In this document: one piece after another, positions 39,954-48,532 of the stretch
Layout: every line of letters begins with the position of its first letter
Numbering within the stretch: the first letter of the stretch is position 1
From: Gemmatimonadales bacterium
GTDB taxonomy: Bacteria > Gemmatimonadota > Gemmatimonadetes > Gemmatimonadales > GWC2-71-9
NCBI GenBank assembly: GCA_041615815.1
Contig: JBFJCP010000015.1
Coordinates: 41,605 to 105,604 of the forward strand
Direction of reading: 5' to 3'
DNA: 64,000 bases
Program-made: the position numbers and the translations under genes
The notes under the pieces: generated by a model
Databases searched by the model: none
The model's input: only the letters and a program-made list of their open reading frames with translations
Told to the model about the DNA's origin: nothing

Positions 39954-41138
39954 CTACAACTCGAGCTGATCGGAATCGCGAGACTCGTCCTCGCTTCCGG
40001 GCTTCGCGTCTCGACGTTCCTTCTCGAGTCGATCGAGCATCACGTCCCGCAGGACGTACTTGCCTTGATCCTCGTAGAGCGTGGCCAGGTTCATGAGTGT
40101 GACCTCGTCCCATAGTGAATGGTCCCATGCCCCGGCGTCCCTGAGGGCGATGGCCCGCAGGTACATGTCTTCGGCTTCCTCGTCTCGGCCCTGGATCTGA
40201 CACACGAGGGCAATGCGGTCACAGGCGTACGCCATCTTGGGGTGCTCGTGGCCGACCCCTGAGAGCAGAAGGCTCAGCGCATCGCGGAAACATTCTTCCG
40301 CGGTCGCCAGATAATCGCCTGCCGGTTGCTTCGTGAGCAGAATCATCCCATGCCTAAGGCTCTGGTCGGCATCCCGCAGAGCCCGAGCGCCCGTACCAGT
40401 GGCACCCGGAGGATCGGTCGGACCGGTCAGGTACGTCACGATTCCCCAGGGCCCGCGGTCGGCCGGGGCCAGTACGAGTGCGGGACCATAGTTCGCTTCG
40501 TCGTCGTCCACGGCTGGCATGCCCGGTCCGGCTTCCTCGGTGTGCGCGATCTCGGTCTCCGCTTCGCATGCCGTGTTGGGGACCGCTTCGTCGAGCGGTC
40601 GGACTTCAAAGAATGGGCTGTCGATCACGAGACGCAGGATGGCCGCCTGCACGGTCCGCTCTCTCAACAGCGCACGGGCCAGAGCCGCCCCATCGCCTCG
40701 CGCGATCGCGCGCTCGGCCCTTCGGGCCGCGCGGCGAGCCCGGCTGAACACGGATGGGCCGCTCACCGAGAACCATTCGAGCGGCGACTGGCTGTGAGTG
40801 GTTTCGTGCCCCCCAAACCCATCGGGGTCGAGACCCGCGTAGTTGACACACCATGTCACGAACCGCTCGAGGCCGTTGTGCACCGCGGTGCCTTCGTCCA
40901 GATATCCACGCCGCGTGGCGTGTCCCAACAAGAAGATCATCAGTTCGGGGTTCCGCGAAGCGTGCCAGACTTCGTCCAGCGACCCGTACCGAGTCGCCCA
41001 GTCGCTCCACTCCTGGAGGAGCGGCACGTCACCCGGCTGGATGCCGGTTCGGGCTTCACAGAAAAACTGGGTGATGGCGGGCAGCGCCTGGCGCTCGCCA
41101 TACGGACGTCTCGTTTCCGGCACTCGCTGTGAGGACAT
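39954..41138 (-). CDS. Tetratricopeptide repeat protein with uncharacterised N-terminal domain
   Basis: C-terminal kinesin-light-chain-like TPRs (GHEHPKMA.., AEDMYLRAIAL, TLMNLATLYEDQGKY); GGAG upstream. Confidence 0.75.
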   Translation of the reverse strand: MSSQRVPETRRPYGERQALPAITQFFCEARTGIQPGDVPLLQEWSDWATRYGSLDEVWHASRNPELMIFLLGHATRRGYLDEGTAVHNGLERFVTWCVNYAGLDPDGFGGHETTHSQSPLEWFSVSGPSVFSRARRAARRAERAIARGDGAALARALLRERTVQAAILRLVIDSPFFEVRPLDEAVPNTACEAETEIAHTEEAGPGMPAVDDDEANYGPALVLAPADRGPWGIVTYLTGPTDPPGATGTGARALRDADQSLRHGMILLTKQPAGDYLATAEECFRDALSLLLSGVGHEHPKMAYACDRIALVCQIQGRDEEAEDMYLRAIALRDAGAWDHSLWDEVTLMNLATLYEDQGKYVLRDVMLDRLEKERRDAKPGSEDESRDSDQLEL

Positions 41139-41227
41139 CTCCAGCCCCTTTGCTGGCGGATTCCATCTCACTCGTGCAAATCGCTGGGCCGTTGTGCCCA
41201 GCTCTCTCCTGCGATGACCCCTAGAGT

Positions 41228-41243
41228 TGCACTCTCCGTGCCG
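41228..41243 (-). promoter_or_regulatory. Putative sigma54 -24/-12 promoter
   Basis: Minus strand CGGCAC-GGAGA-GTGCA (GG-N10-GC), about 90 bp upstream of the TPR gene. Confidence 0.45.
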
Positions 41244-41276
41244 CAAATCGGGGATGGTCTGAACGGGATTGGGAAT

Positions 41277-41292
41277 TGTGATGCGGGGCACA
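41277..41292. promoter_or_regulatory. CRP/FNR-family-like palindromic site
   Basis: TGTGA-N6-GCACA (9/10 to TGTGA-N6-TCACA) with A/T-rich flanks. Confidence 0.45.
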
Positions 41293-41348
41293 AAACGGGG
41301 TCGAGCCTACCTGGGGGGGTCCGACCTGTGGCTCGCGGTGGCTGGCTC

Positions 41349-43292
41349 TTACTCTGCTCCTGCGAGCTCCACCCTTACCTCCCCCATCGCCACCGGCCAT
41401 CGTGCCGTATACGACGTTCCCTGCAGGGTCTCCTCGAACCCCCGCTCGGACTTGGAGACGGTCGCTATGGGAAATTGCCAAAGATCGGCATTCGGCACGC
41501 TGACAATCCGCAGCGGTCGTGCGAGCGACATCTCCGTGGTAAAGAGCGCTCCAGCGTTGAAGGCGCTCGGATCCCATCGATAGTGGACGCTCAGCGCACC
41601 GGACGCCTCGAATCGCAGGCGCTTGTCGATCAGTCCCCGAGGGGCACTGGGCCCCGGACGCATGATCACTTCGAGCGCCCCATGATCTCCAGAAACGGCG
41701 AACTCGAAGGGCGCCCCGGCCCAGGACGATTCGGCCGTGAAGCGCCCGCTGCGGTACGCATCGAGCGTCACGTCGGGGGCCAGAATCCGGTCCACGAACA
41801 GGGCGCGGTCCGCCGTATCGACGGGTGGAGGAGCGGCCAGTACGGCAGACTTCTCGATATCGTGTATGCTCGGCGCACGATCGGTATCCGCCGATCCTGA
41901 TGCAGCATCGGACGCTCCGTGGCGGTGCTCGTGATACGCCTCTCTTCTGCGGCTGAGGACGTCCGCGTAATTGCATCCACTGGCGAACACCGTGTACTCC
42001 TCGATGACGCCTCCCCGACTCGGACTCACGACGGCTGAGAATGCCGATGAGTGAATCCACAGCTCATCGCGACCGTCGAAATCGAAGTCGACCACCTCGG
42101 CGACCAATCCCTCCCCCTGCCTGAGATCTCCTTCGGCCCGTGCCAAGTGTTCCCAGATCGCGGCCCGCAGATGCGGCAGATAGAGACCGCCGAACACGCC
42201 GTGCCAGTAGGCATCGTTACACTGTGCCTTGCCGATGGCGCGGCGAATCTCCTTCGGATTGCCATCCGCTCGACATTTCGTCGAGAGGTGAACCATCTTC
42301 TTGTGCATCCGGTTGGACTCGGGATACTTGGCCAGGAAGTTGCGCCAGTGCGCACCACGAATCAGCGAGCCGTCCGGACCCGCCACGCGCTCCGGTCCCA
42401 GGTCCTCCTCGAATGTGGCGAGGCGCACCGCTGCCCTCGGTGGCAGCGACCACCCTTCCATCTCGCGATACGACGCGGTGGGTAAGTAACAGAGCCCGGC
42501 ACTGGGCACCGCGGTCAGCGCATCACCAAAGGTCGAAAGCTGGACCTCGCCTGTCTCCACCAGCGATACGATCGCCGTACAAAAGCGGTCCAGCCAGCCG
42601 CGATCGTATACCCACTCGATGGTGCCGGGCCAGCCGCCGAATTTTTCCCCATCGTCGGCAAAGATCGCCATCGGGTGGCCAGCAGCTCTCAGTTCCCGCA
42701 GGTAGGCGGCCGTGGCTTGCTCCGGCTGAAACGGCACGAGATACCGCAGCCGTTCGTCGATGGGAAACAGCGCGACTCGCTTCCCGTCGCTCTCGGTGAA
42801 CCAGGGGGCGTGAAGCTGGTTTCGCTCGAACCCGCTCACGAGAAAGTGACGGTCGTCCACCAGCGCATAGCGCACTCCGGCGGCCGCCAGGTCGGCCGGC
42901 AAATCCGGCTCCCAGACGCGCTCGGTGAGCCAGAGGCCCGTGGCGTCCACGCCGAATCGGCTTCGCAGCACCTCACGCATCCATCCGATCTGTTCGACCC
43001 GATCGACTTTCGGAAGGGCGGCCAGAATCGGCTCGTAGTAGCCCGCTAGCAAGAGCTCGGCCTTTCCCTGACTGACAAGCGTGCCGATCAGATCCAAGTA
43101 CTTGCCCCCGTGAGCCCCGAGCCAGTCCAAGAGCGGACCCGAAATGTGAATGGAGATGGGCAGAAACCCCCGTTCCGCCACGCACTGGAGAAACGGCAGA
43201 TACGCCTCCCGCACGTGGCTCTCGAACACGTGGTCGAAATTTCCAACCGGTTGGTGCACGTGGATGCCAAACGCGAATCGTAATGGTTCCAT
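41349..43292 (-). CDS. GH57 4-alpha-glucanotransferase/alpha-amylase (DUF1925/DUF1926 domains)
   Basis: HVHQPVGN, WLTERVW (nucleophile), DDGEKFGGWP (acid/base), SYREMEGW and QCNDAYWHGVFGGLYLPHLR. Confidence 0.93.
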   Translation of the reverse strand: MEPLRFAFGIHVHQPVGNFDHVFESHVREAYLPFLQCVAERGFLPISIHISGPLLDWLGAHGGKYLDLIGTLVSQGKAELLLAGYYEPILAALPKVDRVEQIGWMREVLRSRFGVDATGLWLTERVWEPDLPADLAAAGVRYALVDDRHFLVSGFERNQLHAPWFTESDGKRVALFPIDERLRYLVPFQPEQATAAYLRELRAAGHPMAIFADDGEKFGGWPGTIEWVYDRGWLDRFCTAIVSLVETGEVQLSTFGDALTAVPSAGLCYLPTASYREMEGWSLPPRAAVRLATFEEDLGPERVAGPDGSLIRGAHWRNFLAKYPESNRMHKKMVHLSTKCRADGNPKEIRRAIGKAQCNDAYWHGVFGGLYLPHLRAAIWEHLARAEGDLRQGEGLVAEVVDFDFDGRDELWIHSSAFSAVVSPSRGGVIEEYTVFASGCNYADVLSRRREAYHEHRHGASDAASGSADTDRAPSIHDIEKSAVLAAPPPVDTADRALFVDRILAPDVTLDAYRSGRFTAESSWAGAPFEFAVSGDHGALEVIMRPGPSAPRGLIDKRLRFEASGALSVHYRWDPSAFNAGALFTTEMSLARPLRIVSVPNADLWQFPIATVSKSERGFEETLQGTSYTARWPVAMGEVRVELAGAE

Positions 43293-43297
43293 TGACC

Positions 43298-45319
43298 TTA
43301 CGTGGATTCAGCAAAGCCTAGTCGCCGGCCGATGGGCGCGGTGGCATCGCGCCACGCGGAGGAACTCTCCTCCCACAACCGGTGATAGGCGGTTTGCACG
43401 TCGAACGGAACGTAGTATCCCAAGAGCTCGAGCAGGTCGGCGAAGGCGAGCACCCGTGCCACCCCAGCGTTGGACACATCCGAGCGAAGATCCGTCACGG
43501 CTCGGTGGAGCCCCTCCCGTACCGCCTCCTCGATTCGCTTGTCGCCGCGGGCCACCGCGTCCAGATCCGATGGTGCAAGCCAGCGAGCTACCAGTGATCG
43601 CCGAAGCACCGCGGTCACGGCGCGACGATACGGCTCGGGAAAATCGGCCAGCTCGAGACGAGTTGGATCTCCACCGTCGCCACACACCGTGACGGCCCGA
43701 CCCGGTTCCTCGACCGTGACAGAGAACTGATGCCTGCGCCCGCTCCGTCGATGCGTGAGCGTGATCGTGCTTCCCTGGGCGGTGACGTCGTACGCCGCAA
43801 CCCCGCACTCCTGCGCTTCCTCGTCCGCGGCACTGAGCGCGGCATGTCCAGCGGCCACGCGGGCAGGCGCCGGCAGAGAAGGACGCACCCGCGCGTCGTA
43901 GATGTCACGACCGGTCCCCGCGCTGGGGTCATTGCTCTCCGCCGTCGCGAGCCGCTCGAGAAACTCCCGTTCGAGGCGTGGGGCATCCGCGCCGGCGAGC
44001 TCGATCCCGTGAGCCGCGTACCGCAGCACCTGGACTGGCTCGATCCCCGCGAGATCGTCGTGGAACCAGCCGCAGGAGGTTTGCATCCTGAGTGCGTCGC
44101 GCTCCATCTCGAGGAGCTCGAGCGCCCGTATACGATCGGCGGCCTTGGCCGCGGTCGGTTGCATCGCTCGCTGGAGAAATGCATCGCGATCAGCGAGCGA
44201 AGGCAACGCCCGCACATAGTCATCGCGTGCATCCCAAGGATGGGCGAACAGCGGTGCGGCGTCGCGTTCGAACACCGCAGCGAGCTCGTGACCCAGCCAA
44301 TCGATCGCTTCCCTCAGGCCCTGGCGCCACCGTTGCTGCGTCTTCGCCGCCGGACGGATCTTGCAGCCACAGTCCGAGCGCCACCGTTCCACCCCGTGTG
44401 CGCAACTCCACGAGCTCGGTGCGACGAGCTCGATGTCTTGGACGGGTGGATGCCGGGCCAAGAACGATGCGAAATTCTCCACTCGCGCCGTCGGATCGCC
44501 TTCGAGCTGGGTGATGAGCGCGGCCAAGGCCATTTCTCCGAAGCGATGATGGTGCCCGTAGGTCTCGGCATCCGTCGCCACACTCACGAGCTTGCGGGAC
44601 TGGCCGCCCCCGGTGGACGTCAGGCGCGCGGCCCACATGCCCGCGTCTCGCAACAACGGTCCGAAGGCCACATCGTGCGAGATGGGGCCGTCATACACGA
44701 ACACCGCAAGGGTCCGGCCTCCAGTTCCTTGGAACAGCCCCGGCAAGCCGAGGGCCGGAACCGCTTCCACTTGCGTGGGGCCGACCACGGTGAAGGCGAT
44801 GCCTTCCTGCGCCAGCACGTCGAGCGTCTCGTGATCTACGGCAGTCTCCGGAAGCCACATGCCCACCGGGTCGCGTCCAAAGCGACGTCGAAAGTCCGCC
44901 ATCCCCCACCGAATTTCCGTCACCTTGTCACGTCGCGAGCTCAGCGGAAGGATCGCGTGGTGATACGGCATGGCCATCGCATTTCCATGACCACCCAACC
45001 GCGCCGCGCTGCTGCGATCCGCCTCGAGGATCCCCCGGTACGTCTCCGGTGCAGCGCGCTCCAACCAATCCAAGAGGGTGGGCCCCACGTTGAAGCTCGT
45101 GTATGCGAGCGTGTTCAGAATGCGAAGGATCCGCCCCTGCGGCCCTTGGACCCGCGCGGCCACCATCGGCCGATAACACTCCCGCTCGATCCGCTCATTC
45201 CAATCATGATACGGCGCCGCTGACGGCTCGGCCTCGACGTCCTCGAACCAGGGGTTGTCTCGTGGAGGCTGATACAGGTGTCCATGAATGACCACCGAGC
45301 GGCAGTCGACGCTCATCAT
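43298..45319 (-). CDS. GH57 glycoside hydrolase with DUF3536 domain
   Basis: HGHLYQPPRDNPW, WLPETAVD, ATDAETYGHH, SWSCAHGVERWRSDCGC and TSCGWF. Confidence 0.93.
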   Translation of the reverse strand: MMSVDCRSVVIHGHLYQPPRDNPWFEDVEAEPSAAPYHDWNERIERECYRPMVAARVQGPQGRILRILNTLAYTSFNVGPTLLDWLERAAPETYRGILEADRSSAARLGGHGNAMAMPYHHAILPLSSRRDKVTEIRWGMADFRRRFGRDPVGMWLPETAVDHETLDVLAQEGIAFTVVGPTQVEAVPALGLPGLFQGTGGRTLAVFVYDGPISHDVAFGPLLRDAGMWAARLTSTGGGQSRKLVSVATDAETYGHHHRFGEMALAALITQLEGDPTARVENFASFLARHPPVQDIELVAPSSWSCAHGVERWRSDCGCKIRPAAKTQQRWRQGLREAIDWLGHELAAVFERDAAPLFAHPWDARDDYVRALPSLADRDAFLQRAMQPTAAKAADRIRALELLEMERDALRMQTSCGWFHDDLAGIEPVQVLRYAAHGIELAGADAPRLEREFLERLATAESNDPSAGTGRDIYDARVRPSLPAPARVAAGHAALSAADEEAQECGVAAYDVTAQGSTITLTHRRSGRRHQFSVTVEEPGRAVTVCGDGGDPTRLELADFPEPYRRAVTAVLRRSLVARWLAPSDLDAVARGDKRIEEAVREGLHRAVTDLRSDVSNAGVARVLAFADLLELLGYYVPFDVQTAYHRLWEESSSAWRDATAPIGRRLGFAEST

Positions 45320-45335
45320 GAACCGCTCGTGACGA

Positions 45336-47048
45336 TCAGCCTCGGACGCGCGCGTGCTCTTCGCTCATCGTGCGCTCCAGGGCCTGTAGAATGTCCGGGA
45401 AGAGATGGTCACGCTGATAGAGCTGCTCAGCGTCCCGTCGTGCGGCGTCGAGCAGATTTGGCGAGGCGTCCTCCGCCAACGCTGCAATCAGGCGTTCGGC
45501 GTCGTCCGCGTGGAGGACGAGCCGACGGCTGCCGTAGTCGGTGACCGCACCAGTGGAGACGATGAAGGGCCAGTCGGACGATTGCGCCAGTAAGAGCTCT
45601 CTCGCCGCTTGGGCGAGGACCGGACGCAGGTGTTCGGACGTGATTGCGCGTGGGGCCGCCGTCCAGAAGGCCTCTTCCAAAGGCCAGAGCCGCTCCCACA
45701 TCCATCGCGTGCCATCGTTGAGCCACATGCTCTCGTCTCCGTTGGCACCCCAGGACCCTCGCGCCAGTCGGAGTGCGCGCCGCGGCGGATGCGCCGCCAA
45801 ATGTGCCGACGCCGTGATTGGACGGACGTCAGGATGACGGGCCAGTGCCCGGTAGAGCGCGTCAAGGAAGTCGATGCCCTCGAACCACCAGTGACCGAAC
45901 AATTCGGTATCGAACGGCGCCGCGATGACGGTGGCACCGCGCTCCCGCCCCGCCGCGATTTCCGAGAGGAGTGCGACAAAGTGCTCCGCGTGCGAACCAA
46001 CTTGCGTGAGAGCCCGAACCGGCTCGTATGCCCTCTTCTCCGCGAGATCCGCCCGCGGCCCGGTGACCCGCCAGTACTTGAGCCCGCCGGGCCAGCGAAT
46101 CTTGTGGAATTCGAGATACCACTCGTCGCCGGGGTACCCGTGATCGCGGCTCCACACCTGCATCGAGGATCTGGGATCCCGTACCAACGCGGCGACGGGG
46201 GTGGCCCGGGCCGGCGACACCCGATAGGCTCGATAGGGTGAGCGGGTCTCGGTCTGGTCGGTGGTCTCGGGATGGTCATGGCGTGCCGCATCGAACCGCT
46301 CCACACCCAGCGGGACATCCGCATACATGCCGAGCGCGGCGCCGGCCCCCGCCAGATGGGCGTCCGTGAAGAAGTACCGAAACCCCGCCCACCCCACGTG
46401 CTCCTCGATCCCTTGGCGGACGCGAGGATGAAACGGGGCACCGTCAGGAGCCCATTTCCCCCGAGGCCGGTAGCCACACTCGGGAAGCCAGCACCCGGTA
46501 GGCGCCTGACCGAAGAGGCGTCGGTGTTCCGCAAACCCCACCGCGAGCTGGAGCCGAATGCTCTCGTCGCGTCCGAGCAGCGGGAGGTACCCATGCGTCG
46601 CGGCCGAACCCATGATCTCGATGACACCACGGGCCTGCAGGTCCCGAAACGCGGTCACGAGATCGCCGTCCACCGATCGAAACAAGTCGCGCAACCGTCG
46701 AAATCTCGCGCGCCAGAACGCAGCCAGTGGCTCCAGTGCCCCGTCGCCCGTGGCGGCGAGGGAGACGGGCGCTTCGTCGCAGGCCGTGAGCCGCTGCTCG
46801 AGGAACGCTTCGAGCTCCTCGCCGAACAACGGATTCGCCAGCTGATTGGCGAGGACGGGCGTGAAGCCGACGGTGATCGGCGCGGGCACTCGTTGGCCCT
46901 CGAGTTTCTGTAGCGCTTCGAGGAGCGGAAGGTAGGTATCGACGGCCGCTTCAGTGAGCCAATCGCTTCCGTGTGGCCACCGACCGTGTTGCAGTACGTA
47001 CGGAAGGTGGCTGTGCAGCATGAGGACGAAATCCATGGAACGGCTCAT
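45336..47048 (-). CDS. GH57 1,4-alpha-glucan branching enzyme (DUF1957 domain)
   Basis: LHSHLPYV, THGYLPL, WLPECGY, PFDTELFGHWWFEG, SWG and ELLLAQSSDWPF. Confidence 0.95.
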   Translation of the reverse strand: MSRSMDFVLMLHSHLPYVLQHGRWPHGSDWLTEAAVDTYLPLLEALQKLEGQRVPAPITVGFTPVLANQLANPLFGEELEAFLEQRLTACDEAPVSLAATGDGALEPLAAFWRARFRRLRDLFRSVDGDLVTAFRDLQARGVIEIMGSAATHGYLPLLGRDESIRLQLAVGFAEHRRLFGQAPTGCWLPECGYRPRGKWAPDGAPFHPRVRQGIEEHVGWAGFRYFFTDAHLAGAGAALGMYADVPLGVERFDAARHDHPETTDQTETRSPYRAYRVSPARATPVAALVRDPRSSMQVWSRDHGYPGDEWYLEFHKIRWPGGLKYWRVTGPRADLAEKRAYEPVRALTQVGSHAEHFVALLSEIAAGRERGATVIAAPFDTELFGHWWFEGIDFLDALYRALARHPDVRPITASAHLAAHPPRRALRLARGSWGANGDESMWLNDGTRWMWERLWPLEEAFWTAAPRAITSEHLRPVLAQAARELLLAQSSDWPFIVSTGAVTDYGSRRLVLHADDAERLIAALAEDASPNLLDAARRDAEQLYQRDHLFPDILQALERTMSEEHARVRG

Positions 47049-48532
47049 GCTTCACCGCGGGACGCCAGGGCGCGCTCGTACACCTGCGCGTATCGTGCGG
47101 TGGGCCCCTTCCAACCGAACTCGCGGCCCATCGCCTCCCCCATGATGCGCTGCCAGGCCGCTTGATCAGCGAACTGATCAACGGCTCGTCGCGCGGCCAC
47201 ATCGAACTCCGCTGGCGTATACTCGTCGAACAGAAAGCCGGTCACGCCGTCTTCGATGGTGTCCGCCAGCCCCCCCACACGCCGCGCAACGGGGATGGCA
47301 CCATACCGCTGCGCGCGCATCTGTGTCAGTCCACATGGCTCGTACAACGACGGCATCATCAACATGTCCGCACCGGCGATCAAGCGATGCTCCAGCTCCT
47401 CCGAGAAGTCGAGCTCTACCGCAATCCGGTCCGGCAAGGCATCCCCGAGTTGGCGAAGCGCCTGTTCATAGCGCAGTTCGCCCTCCCCGAGAAATACGAA
47501 CTGTGCATCGAGCGCCGTCAGCGACGTTCCGCCCAGCAGCAGATCCAGACCCTTCTGTGCGACGAGACGGGCGGTCATGCCAATCACCGGTGTTCCGTCC
47601 TTTGCCGGCAGACGCAGCTCCTCACGCAGGGCGGCTTTACACTGCGCCTTTCCCGAAAAGTCCGTGGGGGAATATCGAGCGGCGATGGAATGATCGCACG
47701 CAGGATCCCAAATCCCGATATCGATGCCGTTGATGATCCCAACCAGGCGATCCTTGAGGTTGATGAACGTCTCGTCGAGCCCGAAGCCTCCGTCTTTCGT
47801 CCGGAGCTCGTGCGCATGCGTAGGACTCACCGTGACGCTCATGTCCGCGAACACCAGGCCCCCCTTGAGCCAGTTGACGCGGCCGTACCATTCGAGTCTC
47901 TCCCAATCGAACAACGTTCTGGGAAGCCCGACCTCCGCCAAGGACTCGACCGAAAAGTGTCCCTGGAAGCCGGCGTTGTGTACCGAGAGGACCGTGGCGA
48001 CGGCGTCATAGAACGGCCGTCCCACGAACGTGGTTCGCAGGTAGACCGGCGCCAGCGCAGTGTGCCAGTCGTGGGCGTGAAGAACCAGGGGGGCAGCATG
48101 CAGCTGGGGCAGCACCTCCAGCGCAGCCAGCGTGAAAAACGCGAATCGGACCGCATTGTCCGGGTAATCGCCGGTCGATTCGCCGTAGATCCCCGGGCGA
48201 TTGAAGAACCCGTCGTGCTCGAGGAAATACACTCGCGGACCCTCCTCGGTCTCGGGAATCTCCCACAATCTCGCCTGCTCTTCCCGAGACCCAACCCGAA
48301 CGGGGAATGGAGGGCCTGCCGGCCGAAGCGTCGGTGCATGCTCACGGGCCTTGCGGTAGAGGGGAAGGAGGACCGAGCAGGGAACACCTTGCCCTGCCTG
48401 GTGGGTGGCGAGCCCCCGGGCCGCTTCCGCCAGGCCACCCGTCCGGGCAAACGGCCAGTACTCCGCGACAAGGTGGACCACGGCCGGTCCTGAATCTCGT
48501 GACATCTGGGACTCAGCCGGTGGGGGGGTCAT
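47045..48532 (-). CDS. glgA: Glycogen/starch synthase (GT5)
   Basis: RTGGL, HAHDWH, HNAGFQG, TVSPTHA.E, GIINGID, RLVAQKG and PSLYEPCGLTQM. Start may be 48505. Confidence 0.95.
   Translation of the reverse strand: MTPPPAESQMSRDSGPAVVHLVAEYWPFARTGGLAEAARGLATHQAGQGVPCSVLLPLYRKAREHAPTLRPAGPPFPVRVGSREEQARLWEIPETEEGPRVYFLEHDGFFNRPGIYGESTGDYPDNAVRFAFFTLAALEVLPQLHAAPLVLHAHDWHTALAPVYLRTTFVGRPFYDAVATVLSVHNAGFQGHFSVESLAEVGLPRTLFDWERLEWYGRVNWLKGGLVFADMSVTVSPTHAHELRTKDGGFGLDETFINLKDRLVGIINGIDIGIWDPACDHSIAARYSPTDFSGKAQCKAALREELRLPAKDGTPVIGMTARLVAQKGLDLLLGGTSLTALDAQFVFLGEGELRYEQALRQLGDALPDRIAVELDFSEELEHRLIAGADMLMMPSLYEPCGLTQMRAQRYGAIPVARRVGGLADTIEDGVTGFLFDEYTPAEFDVAARRAVDQFADQAAWQRIMGEAMGREFGWKGPTARYAQVYERALASRGEA

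Noticed and set aside
43730..48493. Long antisense ORFs (43730..45223, 47162..48493; likewise 1600..3078, 12694..14064, 34929..36530)
   Set aside because: They lie opposite genes with clear family motifs and are expected from GC-rich codon bias; they contain no recognisable motifs.
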